From contig MU004232.1 of assembly GCA_010405405.1 (NCBI GenBank), positions 1,631,481 through 1,695,480 on the forward strand: a DNA stretch of 64,000 bases, in the 5' to 3' direction. Of this stretch, positions 11,418 through 22,616 are shown piece by piece. Each line of letters starts with the position of its first letter. Positions within the stretch are counted from its first letter, which is position 1. The translations under genes were made by a program, and so were the position numbers. The notes below the pieces were generated by a model, which did not search any database, was not told where the DNA came from, and saw only the letters and a list, made by a program, of their open reading frames with translations. The DNA comes from Microthyrium microscopicum. Taxonomy: Eukaryota.

Positions 11418-12101
11418 CTAATCGCTCTTTGGCTTCTTTGTCCCGTATTTCGACCTTGCAGTGATTCGATTTGGCACACCGCCCTATTCTCATTAGCAAT
11501 TGTACACCACATCGCAGTCAGCATCAACCTACCAGATCTAATGCTCCTCTAACCAATGTATATTTCACACCCGGACAATCCTGTGCACGACCACCTTGTA
11601 CCAGCACCACCGAATGCTGTTGAATATTATGTCCTATACATGCATTAGCCTTCTCTGCAGAACCGAAGCGAAAGCGGGATGAATTGAACGCAACTAATAA
11701 TCGTCCACTTCAATAGCTTGCAGTCGCTACCGCCGTAAGAGTTGTATCATACCTTCGCCTGGGATATACGCCGTCACTTCCTTCCCGTTGCTTAGCCGTA
11801 CCCTTGCGACCTTTCGTTCGCCTGAGTTGGGTTTCTTGGGCTTCATCGTGCCTACACGCGTGCATACGCCCTTGATGTGTGGTTGGCCTTTCATATAGGG
11901 AGAGATTGGTCTTCGCGCTGGTTGGGCTTTCCGGCAGCCGCGACGGACTTGCATGAGGGTTGCATTGTGACGGGGTGATGTAGAGAATTGGCGGATCGGG
12001 GATGGGAGCGATTGCTTGCGAGCGATGGAGAGGTTGGAGAAGGCCGATGCGAGGTTGCATTGGGTGGGCCGGAGAAGGCGATTGAGGTATATTAGCGGCA
12101 T
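11418..12101 (-). CDS. MRPS12: Mitochondrial ribosomal protein uS12m
   Basis: [80 protein letters not shown]. Two introns, the first 11634-11752. Confidence 0.95.
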
Positions 12102-12495
12102 GTTGGGAGTTGGATGGGATTGTTAAAGTCGGCGATGGACAATTTGGTGTTGAACTGGATTCCAGACGAAAGATCCAATGGCTGGTCTTGGCGCTTTTGA
12201 TTGGCTGCCCAACATACAATCAGGCTGAACTGGAGGAGCGGATGCACCCTGCAATTACAATGCACCATAAGGTTTGGGAAGCTATTTTGAGAACCTATAT
12301 ACCATAGCTATTATAGGGACCATTAGACTATAGATGCCATCAGTTCCACGCAGAATGCTGTCAAGAACTTCGAGTACATCAAAGCTATTGACAAGGCTGA
12401 GAGGAAATGCTATTGGCCTGGGCCTCAAATATTGTTACAAAAAGTACTTAAGCAGCTAAACGTCTGCATTTCTTCCTTTGCTGCTCGTCTGCTAT

Positions 12496-13347
12496 CTATT
12501 CATCCTCCTCTTTCTCTCCCTTCCACAGAATCCACGCCAGCACAATGCACGCCTTCAACCCCGCCGCTGTCCACAACGCAGCCTTCATCCCAAAATCGCT
12601 CTTCGCCCATAGTCCACCAGCAATCGCTCCAACAAGCAACGCGACCGGCGCTGTAGCCCGCTGGTTCCTCTCCACGTTCGTCGTCAGCTCCGCAAACAGA
12701 TTCATGTCCGAGAAAAGATCACAATAAATGCTTGTTAACACGACACTCGTCAATGCATTGAATTTGAGTGCGCGGCTCGTTACTGCTTGACCAGCAGCTT
12801 GAAACGCCACCAGCGCAATAGGCACTAGTACCTGCCACCTCAACTCTCCGCTCTTGTCAAAGTCTCCATCCGCCGGATCATACATCACGATAAGCGCGGC
12901 GACCATTATGAGGAAAGTTTGGAAAATGTGTGAGCTCACGAGGACCCAGCGTTTACGCGGCGAAAAGGCTCGGTGGTAGCGCGCGAAAATGAAGGAGCCG
13001 AAGCAGAAGCAGAAGACTGAGGTGGCAGCTTTGATCCAGCGCGTGCCGCCAGATGGATTCGCGAGACCAAGACCAAGATATACGGTGTTGCCGGTTTGCA
13101 TGGACACGAAGGATTGCCAGATTGATATGCTGGAGGAGTCGAGGAGACCTGTTACGGTGTAGCAAACGAGGAGGACGATGTCGGCGTGACGGGTAGAGAT
13201 GTTTTGGCGCATGTGTCGGCCGATTGATCTCGATTTCGTCCCATTGCGACCCGAATTGGAGGAGTTGAGTAGGGGAGTTATTTCGTCATTGCCATTGGCA
13301 TTTGCGGGGTGGGAATTGTTTGTTGTGCCATAGCTGGGAGACGACAT
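12496..13347 (-). CDS. DUF1275/YoaK-family multi-pass membrane protein
   Basis: TGLLDS...FVSMQTGNTVYLG and ..TSVVLTS.. signatures with about 6-7 hydrophobic helices. First ATG at 13347. Confidence 0.85.
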   Translation of the reverse strand: MSSPSYGTTNNSHPANANGNDEITPLLNSSNSGRNGTKSRSIGRHMRQNISTRHADIVLLVCYTVTGLLDSSSISIWQSFVSMQTGNTVYLGLGLANPSGGTRWIKAATSVFCFCFGSFIFARYHRAFSPRKRWVLVSSHIFQTFLIMVAALIVMYDPADGDFDKSGELRWQVLVPIALVAFQAAGQAVTSRALKFNALTSVVLTSIYCDLFSDMNLFAELTTNVERNQRATAPVALLVGAIAGGLWAKSDFGMKAALWTAAGLKACIVLAWILWKGEKEEDE

Positions 13348-13717
13348 TTTCGACAGCAAATTTGCTGAAAGTAGAAGGGTGAAACTTCAGGCAGGTGTTG
13401 GATACTCAGCTTGGATATATTTATTCCCAGATTCGCAGACCCGATAATATCCTAAGTGGATCGGTTGGATATTGCTAGGTCTCGCGCGAGAGGCTGGGCA
13501 AATTGTGTGCATCATGGAGTCCTCAGTCATGTTATGGGCTCGTCTCACCTATTTAGCTCCCCTCTTACTCTATGCTCGGCTGATTCATGACCGACAGCTG
13601 GACCATTGAATCAGGAAAAGAGGATATAAGGAACCAAGATAACCTCTGCACAGCTCCTGATTTTACTACTCTGCATATATCATCTTTGATACTATTTATT
13701 TTTAGCTTGGCATAAAC

Positions 13718-15093
13718 ATGAAGCTCCAAGCAGCTATATCCCTGCTGGCTGTTGAGCTTTGCTCTGCTATCCCGAGGCCTGTCATCAAGACCACTCAACA
13801 AACACCACTCGATCTTCTCAAAGGTGATCCATACACAAAAGAATGGCGGGATCCATGGGACAAGAAGATAGACTCCATTGGAGAGAAGCTCGATCCTCTG
13901 CCATGGCGCAATGGGCAAGGAGCCACCATTCTCGGCCCTGAGAATAAGGAACGAACTCGTCAAAATCCGGATCTTATGCGTCCACCATCAACAGATCATG
14001 GCGACATGCAAAACATGCGATGGAGCTTTGCAGATTCTCACACTCGCATTGAGGTACCTACGACCCCATCCTGATCACCATCACCCCAACTAACACCTCT
14101 TAGGAAGGCGGTTGGACCCGTCAAACCACCACCCGCGAACTCGCCTCCAGTCCTTCCATCGCAGGCGTAAACATGCGTCTCGGTCCCGGCGTAATTCGCG
14201 AACTTCACTGGCACAAAGAAGCAGAATGGGCCTACGTCCTCTCCGGCTCTGTCCGCATAACTACCATCGACGTCGAAGGCGGCTACTTCATCGACGACCT
14301 CAACGAGGGCGACCTTTGGTACTTCCCCTCCGGCTACCCACACTCTCTCCAAGGTCTCGGCGCCAACGGCACAGAGTTCCTTCTCGTCTTCGACTCCGGC
14401 GCCTTCAGCGAAGAGTCCACATTCCTGCTAACAGACTGGCTCTCACACACGCCCAAATCCGTCCTCGGTTCAAACTTTCGCCTCCCGCCCAAGACATTCG
14501 CTGATAGCCCGAAAGAAAAGTATATCTTCCAGGGCCGTATGCCGGGTAGTCTCGAGTCCTCGCTGCCCAAGCATGGCCATGTAAGTAAATTGAACTTTAC
14601 ACACCACATGCTCGCGCAAACACCGCAGAAGACATCCGGCGGTCTCGTCCGGATCGTGGATTCCTCCAACTTCAAGATCTCCAAGACCATTGCCGCAGCC
14701 CATCTCACCATCGGCCCCGGCGCCATGCGCGAAATGCACTGGCACCCGAACGCTGACGAATGGTCCTTCTTCGTCAAGGGTCGCGCACGCATGACCATTT
14801 TCGGCGCAACAGGAACAGCTCGGACGTTCAATTATCAGGCGGGTGATGTAGGCGTGGTACCACAGAATATGGGGCACTTTATTGAGAATCTGTCAGAGAC
14901 GGAGGATTTGGTGGTGCTGGAGCTGTTCAAGGCGGATAAGTTCCAGGATTTCAGCTTGTTTCAGTGGTTGGGAGAGACGCCGAAGAAGATGGTGGTGGAT
15001 CATTTGTTCAACGGAGACGATAAAGCTGGAGCGAAGTTTTTGGCAAGTATTGAGAGCGCGGACAAGGATCCTATTCGGGGGAAGAGTTCGTAG
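13718..15093 (+). CDS. oxdC: Secreted oxalate decarboxylase (Mn bicupin)
   Basis: Signal peptide. PPSTDHG..NMRWSF..SH, GGWTRQ, RELHWHKEAEW, lid FSEEST, REMHWHPNADEW. Intron 14054-14103. Confidence 0.95.
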
Positions 15094-15346
15094 TTGTGGA
15101 AGAATTCGCGACGAATGAAAGAATGAGAAGAAGAACTTGGAGGCTGAGCCGAGAACAGACAACGTCTGAGTGTAAAACATTGAATACTGGCACGATTTTT
15201 TTCGTATTCGTCGAAACACAACGCAACACAGGCCATACAGTAAATATATGAAAAGATCGAATGCATTGGCTTGATATCATAGCAGAAAATTATATACATG
15301 AAATGATCACTCTCTTTCGTCATCATCAGATATTGAGATGCTTCCT

Positions 15347-16551
15347 CTACTTGTCCATGTCGAGAACATAGCGACCGCTGATTTGGCCCTTGATCATCTT
15401 CTGGTATACATCCTCGAGCTCAGATAGAGGAACAACCTTGTATGGAATCTGGATGAGTCCACGACGGAAGAAATCGATAGCCTCGGCGCTATCACGTCGG
15501 TTTCCGACATAGGAGCCGCGGATAGTGACCATGCGAGCGACAGTCTGGAAAACTGGTGCCTTGAGGTAAGCGTCTGCTGGGAGACCGATGCAGACAACAG
15601 TTCCCTTTGGTCGGACGTACTATTTGCACATTAGTAGCTACTCGAGTTACGCTTCTTAGGATCAACATACCTCAGCTGCCTGTTGGAACGGCCGTTCCGA
15701 AACAGCAACAAGCAGCACAGCATGAGGACCCAAACCATCCTCAGTCGCCGCCTGCACATCCGCCACAACATCCTTACTCTTTGAGAAATCAACAAACGAC
15801 TCTGCGCCCAACTTCTTCGTCGCCTCGCGCTTATCGTCGCCTGCATCAATGGCAATGACACGAAGACCCATGGCCTTGGCATATTGGACAGCCATGCTGC
15901 CTAGTCCACCGCCAGCACCGACAATGGCGACGGTTTGGCCTGGCTTGGCGCCAGATTCTTTGAGACCTTTGTAGACGGTGATGCCGGCGCAGAGAACGGG
16001 GGAGATGGCGGCCATGTCAACGTCTTTGGGGATGCGGGCTACGTGCGCGGCTTGGGCGATGCAGTATTGCTGGAATGTGCCGTCGACGTGTGCGCCGGAG
16101 CAGATTGCTTTTTGGCAGAGCTATTCACTTCAATTAGCAACGATTCTCTCGCTCAGATGGGGTGCTGATGTTTTACTTGTTCGTCAGAAGCCTGGCAAAA
16201 TTGGCAGTCTAGACAACTACCATTGATCCACTTCACACCAACATGCTCGCCAATCTCAACGTCCTTGACGAGCGCGCCTCTGGCAACGACAACACCGGCG
16301 CCTTCGTGACCACCGACGAGGGGGAACTTGCTGGCTTTGAGTGGCCAGTCTCCTTGCTTCATGTGCCAATCGGTGTGGCAGACGCCGGAGTATTTGATGT
16401 TGACGAGAACTTCATCGGGGCCTGGCTTGGGAACTGGGATTTGCTTGTATTTGATGGGTGCGCCTTCGGATTCGGCTACGGCGGCCCATTGCTGGGTTGG
16501 CACATTGCCATTGCTGTGTCCGTTGCTGTGTCCGTTACCGTTTGATGCCAT
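15347..16551 (-). CDS. ADH1: Zn-dependent alcohol dehydrogenase (ADH1/alcC type)
   Basis: [15 protein letters not shown], structural-Zn cysteines, [23 protein letters not shown]. Introns 16121-16176 and 15620-15670. Confidence 0.95.
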
Positions 16552-17289
16552 CGTTGTGGTTTTGTATAGAAGGTTGGAGTACGTTGTAAGTTCTTAAGAC
16601 AGTGAGTGATGTAGATCAGTTGGAAGGTGAGAGATAGCAAAAATCTAGAACCGGGGAATATCCAAGATCTTTATAGACAGAGCTGAAGTCAATCAACTTG
16701 ACAAGGAACCATTGCGGTGGTATGATATCCATTCGACCTGAGCTTATGAAAAAGGATCCACCAGTTTGAGACCAATTTAAACCGCTGTCCTGGTCCGCAA
16801 CGTATCTTCTGTACAAGGCTGTAGGCACCAAGAGAACAGGAACTGACTCCGGGAAGAAGGATGGAGTAAAGGCAAGTTTGTACACGTTTGGATAGACCAA
16901 TACCCAAAGACCATTGGAGATGCAACGATGGACTAGTGACGGTATTAAATTGTTACTCCACCAGCTACTAGCTTTCAACAGTTGCTCTATTTTACTCCCG
17001 TTTCTACGTAAATCCCTGTACGACATGTGAGTAGTTCCAAAGCTTTTTTGATCCATCCTGTAAATATCAGAGCCAAGATACAACCCATATTGCGCCAATA
17101 ATGCGCTTTGAACGCAGCCTGTTGTAACAACCAAATACCACCATCCCTCAACATCACTTCATTTGAAATCTACCACTCACGATCTTCGAACAATCCAGTA
17201 AACTTACATAACTCACCACTAATTCCCACCAACCAAATAGTCCACATTCTCAGCCTCGCCCGCACTGCTTCAACATCAGACCCTAGTAT

Positions 17290-17510
17290 TGCGGGGCCGC
17301 TACAAGCCCACGACAGGCCCGCGACTTTTACCCCACAAGGGTCACCACCACCCAATTGGCCGCACGCGAGCCATCGCGGAGCCGCGTTTATCACTGTTTG
17401 CTTTGGCGTTACCATGGCACGCGTGGTTCAAACTTCACGATGAGCTAACAAGAGTCTGGATGTGTGGAGGTGGGGCTTGTAGATCTCTTGATCCGCTTTA
17501 CCCCAGATTT
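17290..17510. promoter_or_regulatory. Cluster of CreA/Mig1-type SYGGRG sites and GCGG-N2-CCGC inverted repeats upstream of ADH
   Basis: GCGGGG 17291, CCCCAC 17331, GCGGAG 17376, GTGGAG 17464, GTGGGG 17470, CCCCAG 17501; TGCGGGGCCGCT 17290 and CGCGGAGCCGCG 17375. Confidence 0.45.
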
Positions 17511-17515
17511 GCGCA

Positions 17516-20274
17516 CAGGATCAGTTTCCACTCCCCCCTCCCAGAGGCCCCCCCTATCCAGAGGCCCCCCTAGCCACGCTAGAGGGCTTTAAGCCTAAGC
17601 TTTTGGTAGCAACGCCACTAAAAGCCTAGAATTAAAGCCTTCTAGGTTAGTATGCTAATAGATCTATACTTACGCTTTATAGACGTAAGATCTAGTATCT
17701 AAAGCGCGTTTAGAACGCGTTAGTAAAGTAAAGATAAAGAAGACTTATAGATTCTATAGTTTTATAAGTAATTACACTACTAAATTAGTTTTAGAGAGCT
17801 AAAGGCAATATAAATAAGATATTAAGATTCCTATTAGTCTTATTAGTTTATTAAAGTATTAATTTTGCTTTAAATTCTTTAAAAATACTACCCTAAGATA
17901 GTTAAAATATTAATATACTTAGTATTAAATTAGGTATTTAGATTAAAGGATAAAATACGTATTGCTATAAGGAAGTTTGCTATTTTAAAGCGTTTTTAAT
18001 TAAGTATAATTAATACTAATAAGAAAAGGTATAAAATATACTATAATTAAGTAAAAGGACGCCCTAAAGAGTATCCTTAGTGTGCTAAATCTATCTTATA
18101 AGTAAATAGTAATAGCATTATAACCTAGTAGATTAGTATACTTAATTCTAATAATATTTATACTTATAGAGAGCTTCCTCTACTACTATAATTAATTAGC
18201 TTATAGGTAAAAACTATTACTACTATACTTACTAAAGTAGAGAGTACTATCTTACTTTAAACGCTAATTACTAACGTATAAGATATGCTTTAACGCGTAA
18301 TAGGGTATAAACTAAGCGCTTAATAAATCTATAAGACTAAAAGGAAGCTATTTAAGAGGTTAACTAATAATTTCTTAGATTCTTACCTTTAGTTTTTTTC
18401 TTATATTTAATACTTAAAGAAGGCTAATCTTAACGTATTTATAAAGGTTAATTTAGTAAGAGAAGAGTAGTATAGACGCGTATTTATCTACTTACGCGTT
18501 AGTTAAACTTTATAAGAATATATATTTAAAATTATCTATTTAAATATATGCTATTATAAAGAAGACTATAACTTATATCTTATAATAGCTATAGATATTA
18601 ATAATAATAAGGAATTATTAATTTATACGTAGGTAGTATTTAAAAGTAAATTAAATAAGTCTTAGAAGTAGTTCTATAAGTACTTAGATAAAGCGATGCT
18701 AGGGATTAAGATTAGTAAAGAAGAAAGTAAGAAATATTTCTATTTACCTAAGGATCTTTCTATTAGCCTATTAGCTAGAATATTAAATATTCTAGCCCTT
18801 AGTAGCCTTAGTATACCCTATTAAATATATTAAATATTATAATATTATAATTCTATAGCACTTTCTATACCTTTATATCTTTTTACTTTATCTAATTTAC
18901 TTCGTTTTTAGTACCTTATTTTATAATTCTTTTAGATTATAATAAAGGCCTTTAAAATGCTATCCCTAAGATATTTAAAAATATTAATTCTAAGTAGTAT
19001 ATATACTACCTATTTAAGAATCTTACTAAAGTAGTTAGAATAGCTAGAGGTAAATGCTTTTTAGTATACGTAAGCTATACCTCCTAAAATCAGTTTAACT
19101 TCTTTCTATAATAAGATTATTAAACCTATAGGTATAAATTCTAGTTAATAATTAAATCCTATCTTCTTAAATAATAGGTACTTAAAGATTTTAAGAGTCT
19201 ATAATATAACGTAATAACTTTAAACTACGTTAAATCTACTAATACTACTATACTTCTTATAAGAGAGAATTATTCTCTTTTTATACTTAACGCCATTTAG
19301 AACTACGTTATATAAAAGTGTATAGATTAAACCTACGTTGTTACTCTTTCCCTTAAGTGTTTATTAACTTACTATGTAATTTTATACTAGGCTTTTATAT
19401 TATATATATAAGATCTATTTTAAGAATATCTTAAGTTAAATAAGAAGTAATTTCTATTATATATAATTAATTCCTAGGGTAATAGTAATAGTAACGTTTC
19501 TAAAGCTTTAGCTATTATTAAAATACGTAGAGAAGATTAGAATAACTTAAAGGATTATTATATAAATCTTTATACTTATTCTTATAACTATTTACGTTAA
19601 TAGGATAAGTTATTCCTTTACCTATACGCTATAGCTATTATCTAGTATTTACGTAGAGATTCTATAGAGTTTATAAATAAAATCTACTTTTTATAAACTA
19701 TTAAGAAGTGTTATCTTAACTTTAAAGAGGATAAAGAAGATATAATTAATTGTATTATAAGTCTTATCTTAGTTCTTAACCTTAAATTTAACCCTAATTC
19801 CTCTCTTCTACCCTCTAAAATACTTAAAATTAAGACTTAGGGACTAAAATAGAAGAAGAGGAAGCTTGTTAGTAGTATTTATACTATACCTAAAAACGTT
19901 AACTAAAAGTATAGTTCCTATAGTAAGAAAGGACATAATTCTTAAGTCTATAAGATTTAGTAATTACGTATATTTTAGTAAGTAAAGTTAGGTATCTTTA
20001 AGCTTTATTTAATACCCTTTTTGATAGAAATTAATATATTTTTAATACTAAATCTAAGGTCGTAATATAATCCTAAAGGATCTATATCCTTTCTTCTAGA
20101 GGCCCTCTAGATTAGTATCTAATTTAATACTAACTAATAACGCTATTACTAAAGCTAGCTTTTATATAGCGTCTCTATACAAAAGATAGCTTTAGCTATG
20201 GCGCGTTGGGATCCCTGAAGGGGGGTCTCTGGATAGGGGGGGCCTCTGGGAGGGGGGAGTGGAAACTTCTCCTG
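17516..20274 (+). mobile_element. Full-length Mutator-like (MULE) DNA transposon inactivated by RIP
   Basis: 55-bp TIRs at 17516-17570 and 20220-20274 (52/55 identical). Perfect 10-bp TSD GATTTGCGCA at 17506-17515 and 20275-20284. Interior is very AT/TpA-rich. The + strand at ~18410-18700 reads ..IIYLNICYY..LIIAIDINNN..YT*VVFKSK..S*K*F, which reverts by C>T/G>A correction to the MULE DDE motif. A SWIM-like CxC..PCxHA remnant lies at ~19571-19636. Confidence 0.93.
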
Positions 20275-22616
20275 GATTTGCGCATGTTCCTTCGGCCCGG
20301 TCGTTGGTGGGGATGGTTTAGTGGAGTTTAGCATGTGGCTTGTTCTTACTTCACCACTTGTTGAGATTTTTGGAGGAGTAAATGTAGAATTTCTGAAAGG
20401 GCGGTTTGCGTTGGAAACGAAGATATTTGATCTATGGTTGTTTGGTTGGTAGGGTATGTTGAGTGTTGGGCAAGGGATGAAGGTGAAATGTAAACAAACA
20501 AATAGGGGGTGAGAAGCGGAAGGGGGAATCTGTATACAACATAACAGGCTCAGGGGTAGGATCCACGGGTAATAGCACTTAAAGTTGTGGGAATTGAAGA
20601 TCCAAAGTTCTGCATAGTTGCTAGGAAAATCAAGTCATGTATCGAAAAATGAGGTAAACCAGAACAGAGCATCGTGCGATCAGGCTATATATAAATTCAA
20701 GACCTCATGCTTCGGTCACCGAGACGGGCACCGAGCGCCACATGCACCTTTGTAAATACCATACTGTAAGTCAAAAGTGGAAATCTTGGAATTGATCATC
20801 TAACAATCTGACGTGATTTTGATCAGTAAACTTTCAAAGCGAGAGGCTGATATTTTGTCACGCAACCAGCCCAGAGGTTCAGTTCTAGTGCGACAACTCG
20901 CCAGACGTAATATACAGAAACTCTTATGTGTGACGACTGGAAATACGTAGAAAGATTAGTATCATAGGCATAAAAATCATTCAATCCACAATTGTTGTAG
21001 GCTTTCGCTGCATGCAGTCGTGGTCGCTCTATCGAGTATCCGTATCCTGTACTGCTTGGAGAACATCACTGCAGGTTTATTTCCCAACCGCGATCCCCTT
21101 CTCATTTTACAATAACATAAGGCTATACTAAATCTGTGAGTAAAACTTTAAGTAAAACTCTGAAGGAAAAAATCAAGCTATCGTAAAAAGGTTGTCGCAA
21201 CAGTAGAACCGTAAACTGGCGGTTAGCTTAAGGCTGAAAAATTTGGAAAGTTGAATCTTGCAATTTTCACTTTTAAAAAACCTTCATTGGGAAGTCATTG
21301 AAAAAAGATTTGAGAGAATGTATTTCGAAGTTCGAGCAATCCAATTTTGCTGCGGAGGCTGCATTGTTGAGATTGATATGGACCGATTTGACTGAGCTTG
21401 TATGCTATTATGTCCTCCTTGAGACCCACAGAACTTGTGCCATCACTAAGTACCTGGATAATAGCTGTCAAACCTTGTCTCTAAGCTCGTCAACAAACTG
21501 TATTTACTGAAGAAAACAATCTTGCACTCCATTGGCCTCCCTCGATCTGGTACAATCGTCAATGCTAAAGTTACCCCAGATCGTTCTAGATCCTACCCCG
21601 GATTGTTATTGCCAAGATTCTGATGATGTGCATATACTTAACAAACTGAGCTTAGGCGCGATAAGGCCATTTTTGTTCAAGGTCCTCCACCCCCGAAGTT
21701 TATGTGGATTTAGCTTATATTGGACGTAGTCTTGTAGATCATCCGACGACGTCGTCCTGATTAATGTGAAAAGCTAGCTTTCATGCGGAATCATAGAAAT
21801 CTTTGACAGGGATTCTTTACTACTGTTACAGAAGTGCAAAGGAAAGCGTTAAATTACAGGCACTGTGGGGCGGTGTGAAAGATGTCCGAAGCCTTTCGAA
21901 GGTTTCTTTTTACAACATCACTAACAAACCAAAGACTTAGTATGATCGCACAATATGGTACTTTGGATATGATAGTGCATGTTTGCGTTAAGTAGTGGCG
22001 CTGCAGTGACTGTACCGGGTTTGTACTGACGTGATTTGAAAGGGACTGGAACTAAGAACTTGAGCGACATAGCGAAGCCTGAAATGTCACAATCTCCGTA
22101 CAATCCATATTCCACGTCAAACATGCAATGCACAGTGTAAGAATTTCTATATCTCTCGCGTGTGGCGTTGACTTCTTCATCGTTGTCTTGAATCCAGAAT
22201 CCAATTCGTCAACGACAATTGTACAGTCCCCTCATTTCTCCGAATGGCGAGACCTTTGACATCATGATTTCCATTGCATCCACGTACATCAGCCAAACGC
22301 ATTGGTTTGATGCGATGCCCACACGTCTCTGACGTCCATCAGACCATCTGGAGCCTCCTCTTTACTGATCGTGAATGCGGTATCACGTTATTCGTCAGGG
22401 CTCGGTATTCGATCGGCGGGCATCGCTAGGATGATCATTTGGTGTAAGAAGACTCCGCTTCGGATGGAGGATATTGAAGGATCTTCATTCGAGAAGTGTT
22501 ATGGCAGACATCGTAGTCACTCGGAGTCGCATCCAAATGGCTCGCATATTCGGTCGCACGAGAGTCGGGTTTTCACTAGCCTGGCGGTAGCCACTGCAAT
22601 TATACCTACGTGCTTC

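Noticed and set aside
11634..11752. Long S12 intron as snoRNA host or stwintron
   Set aside because: No C/D boxes found and no internal intron that regenerates a frame-preserving donor.
12496..16551. ADH as part of the oxalate module or a secondary-metabolite cluster
   Set aside because: Housekeeping-type ADH with no direct link to oxalate or formate; no PKS, NRPS or terpene synthase in the window.
17600..20200. AT-rich block as a mitochondrial insertion, centromere or horizontal transfer
   Set aside because: Bounded by TIRs and a TSD, TpA-rich and CpA-poor, with MULE transposase remnants.
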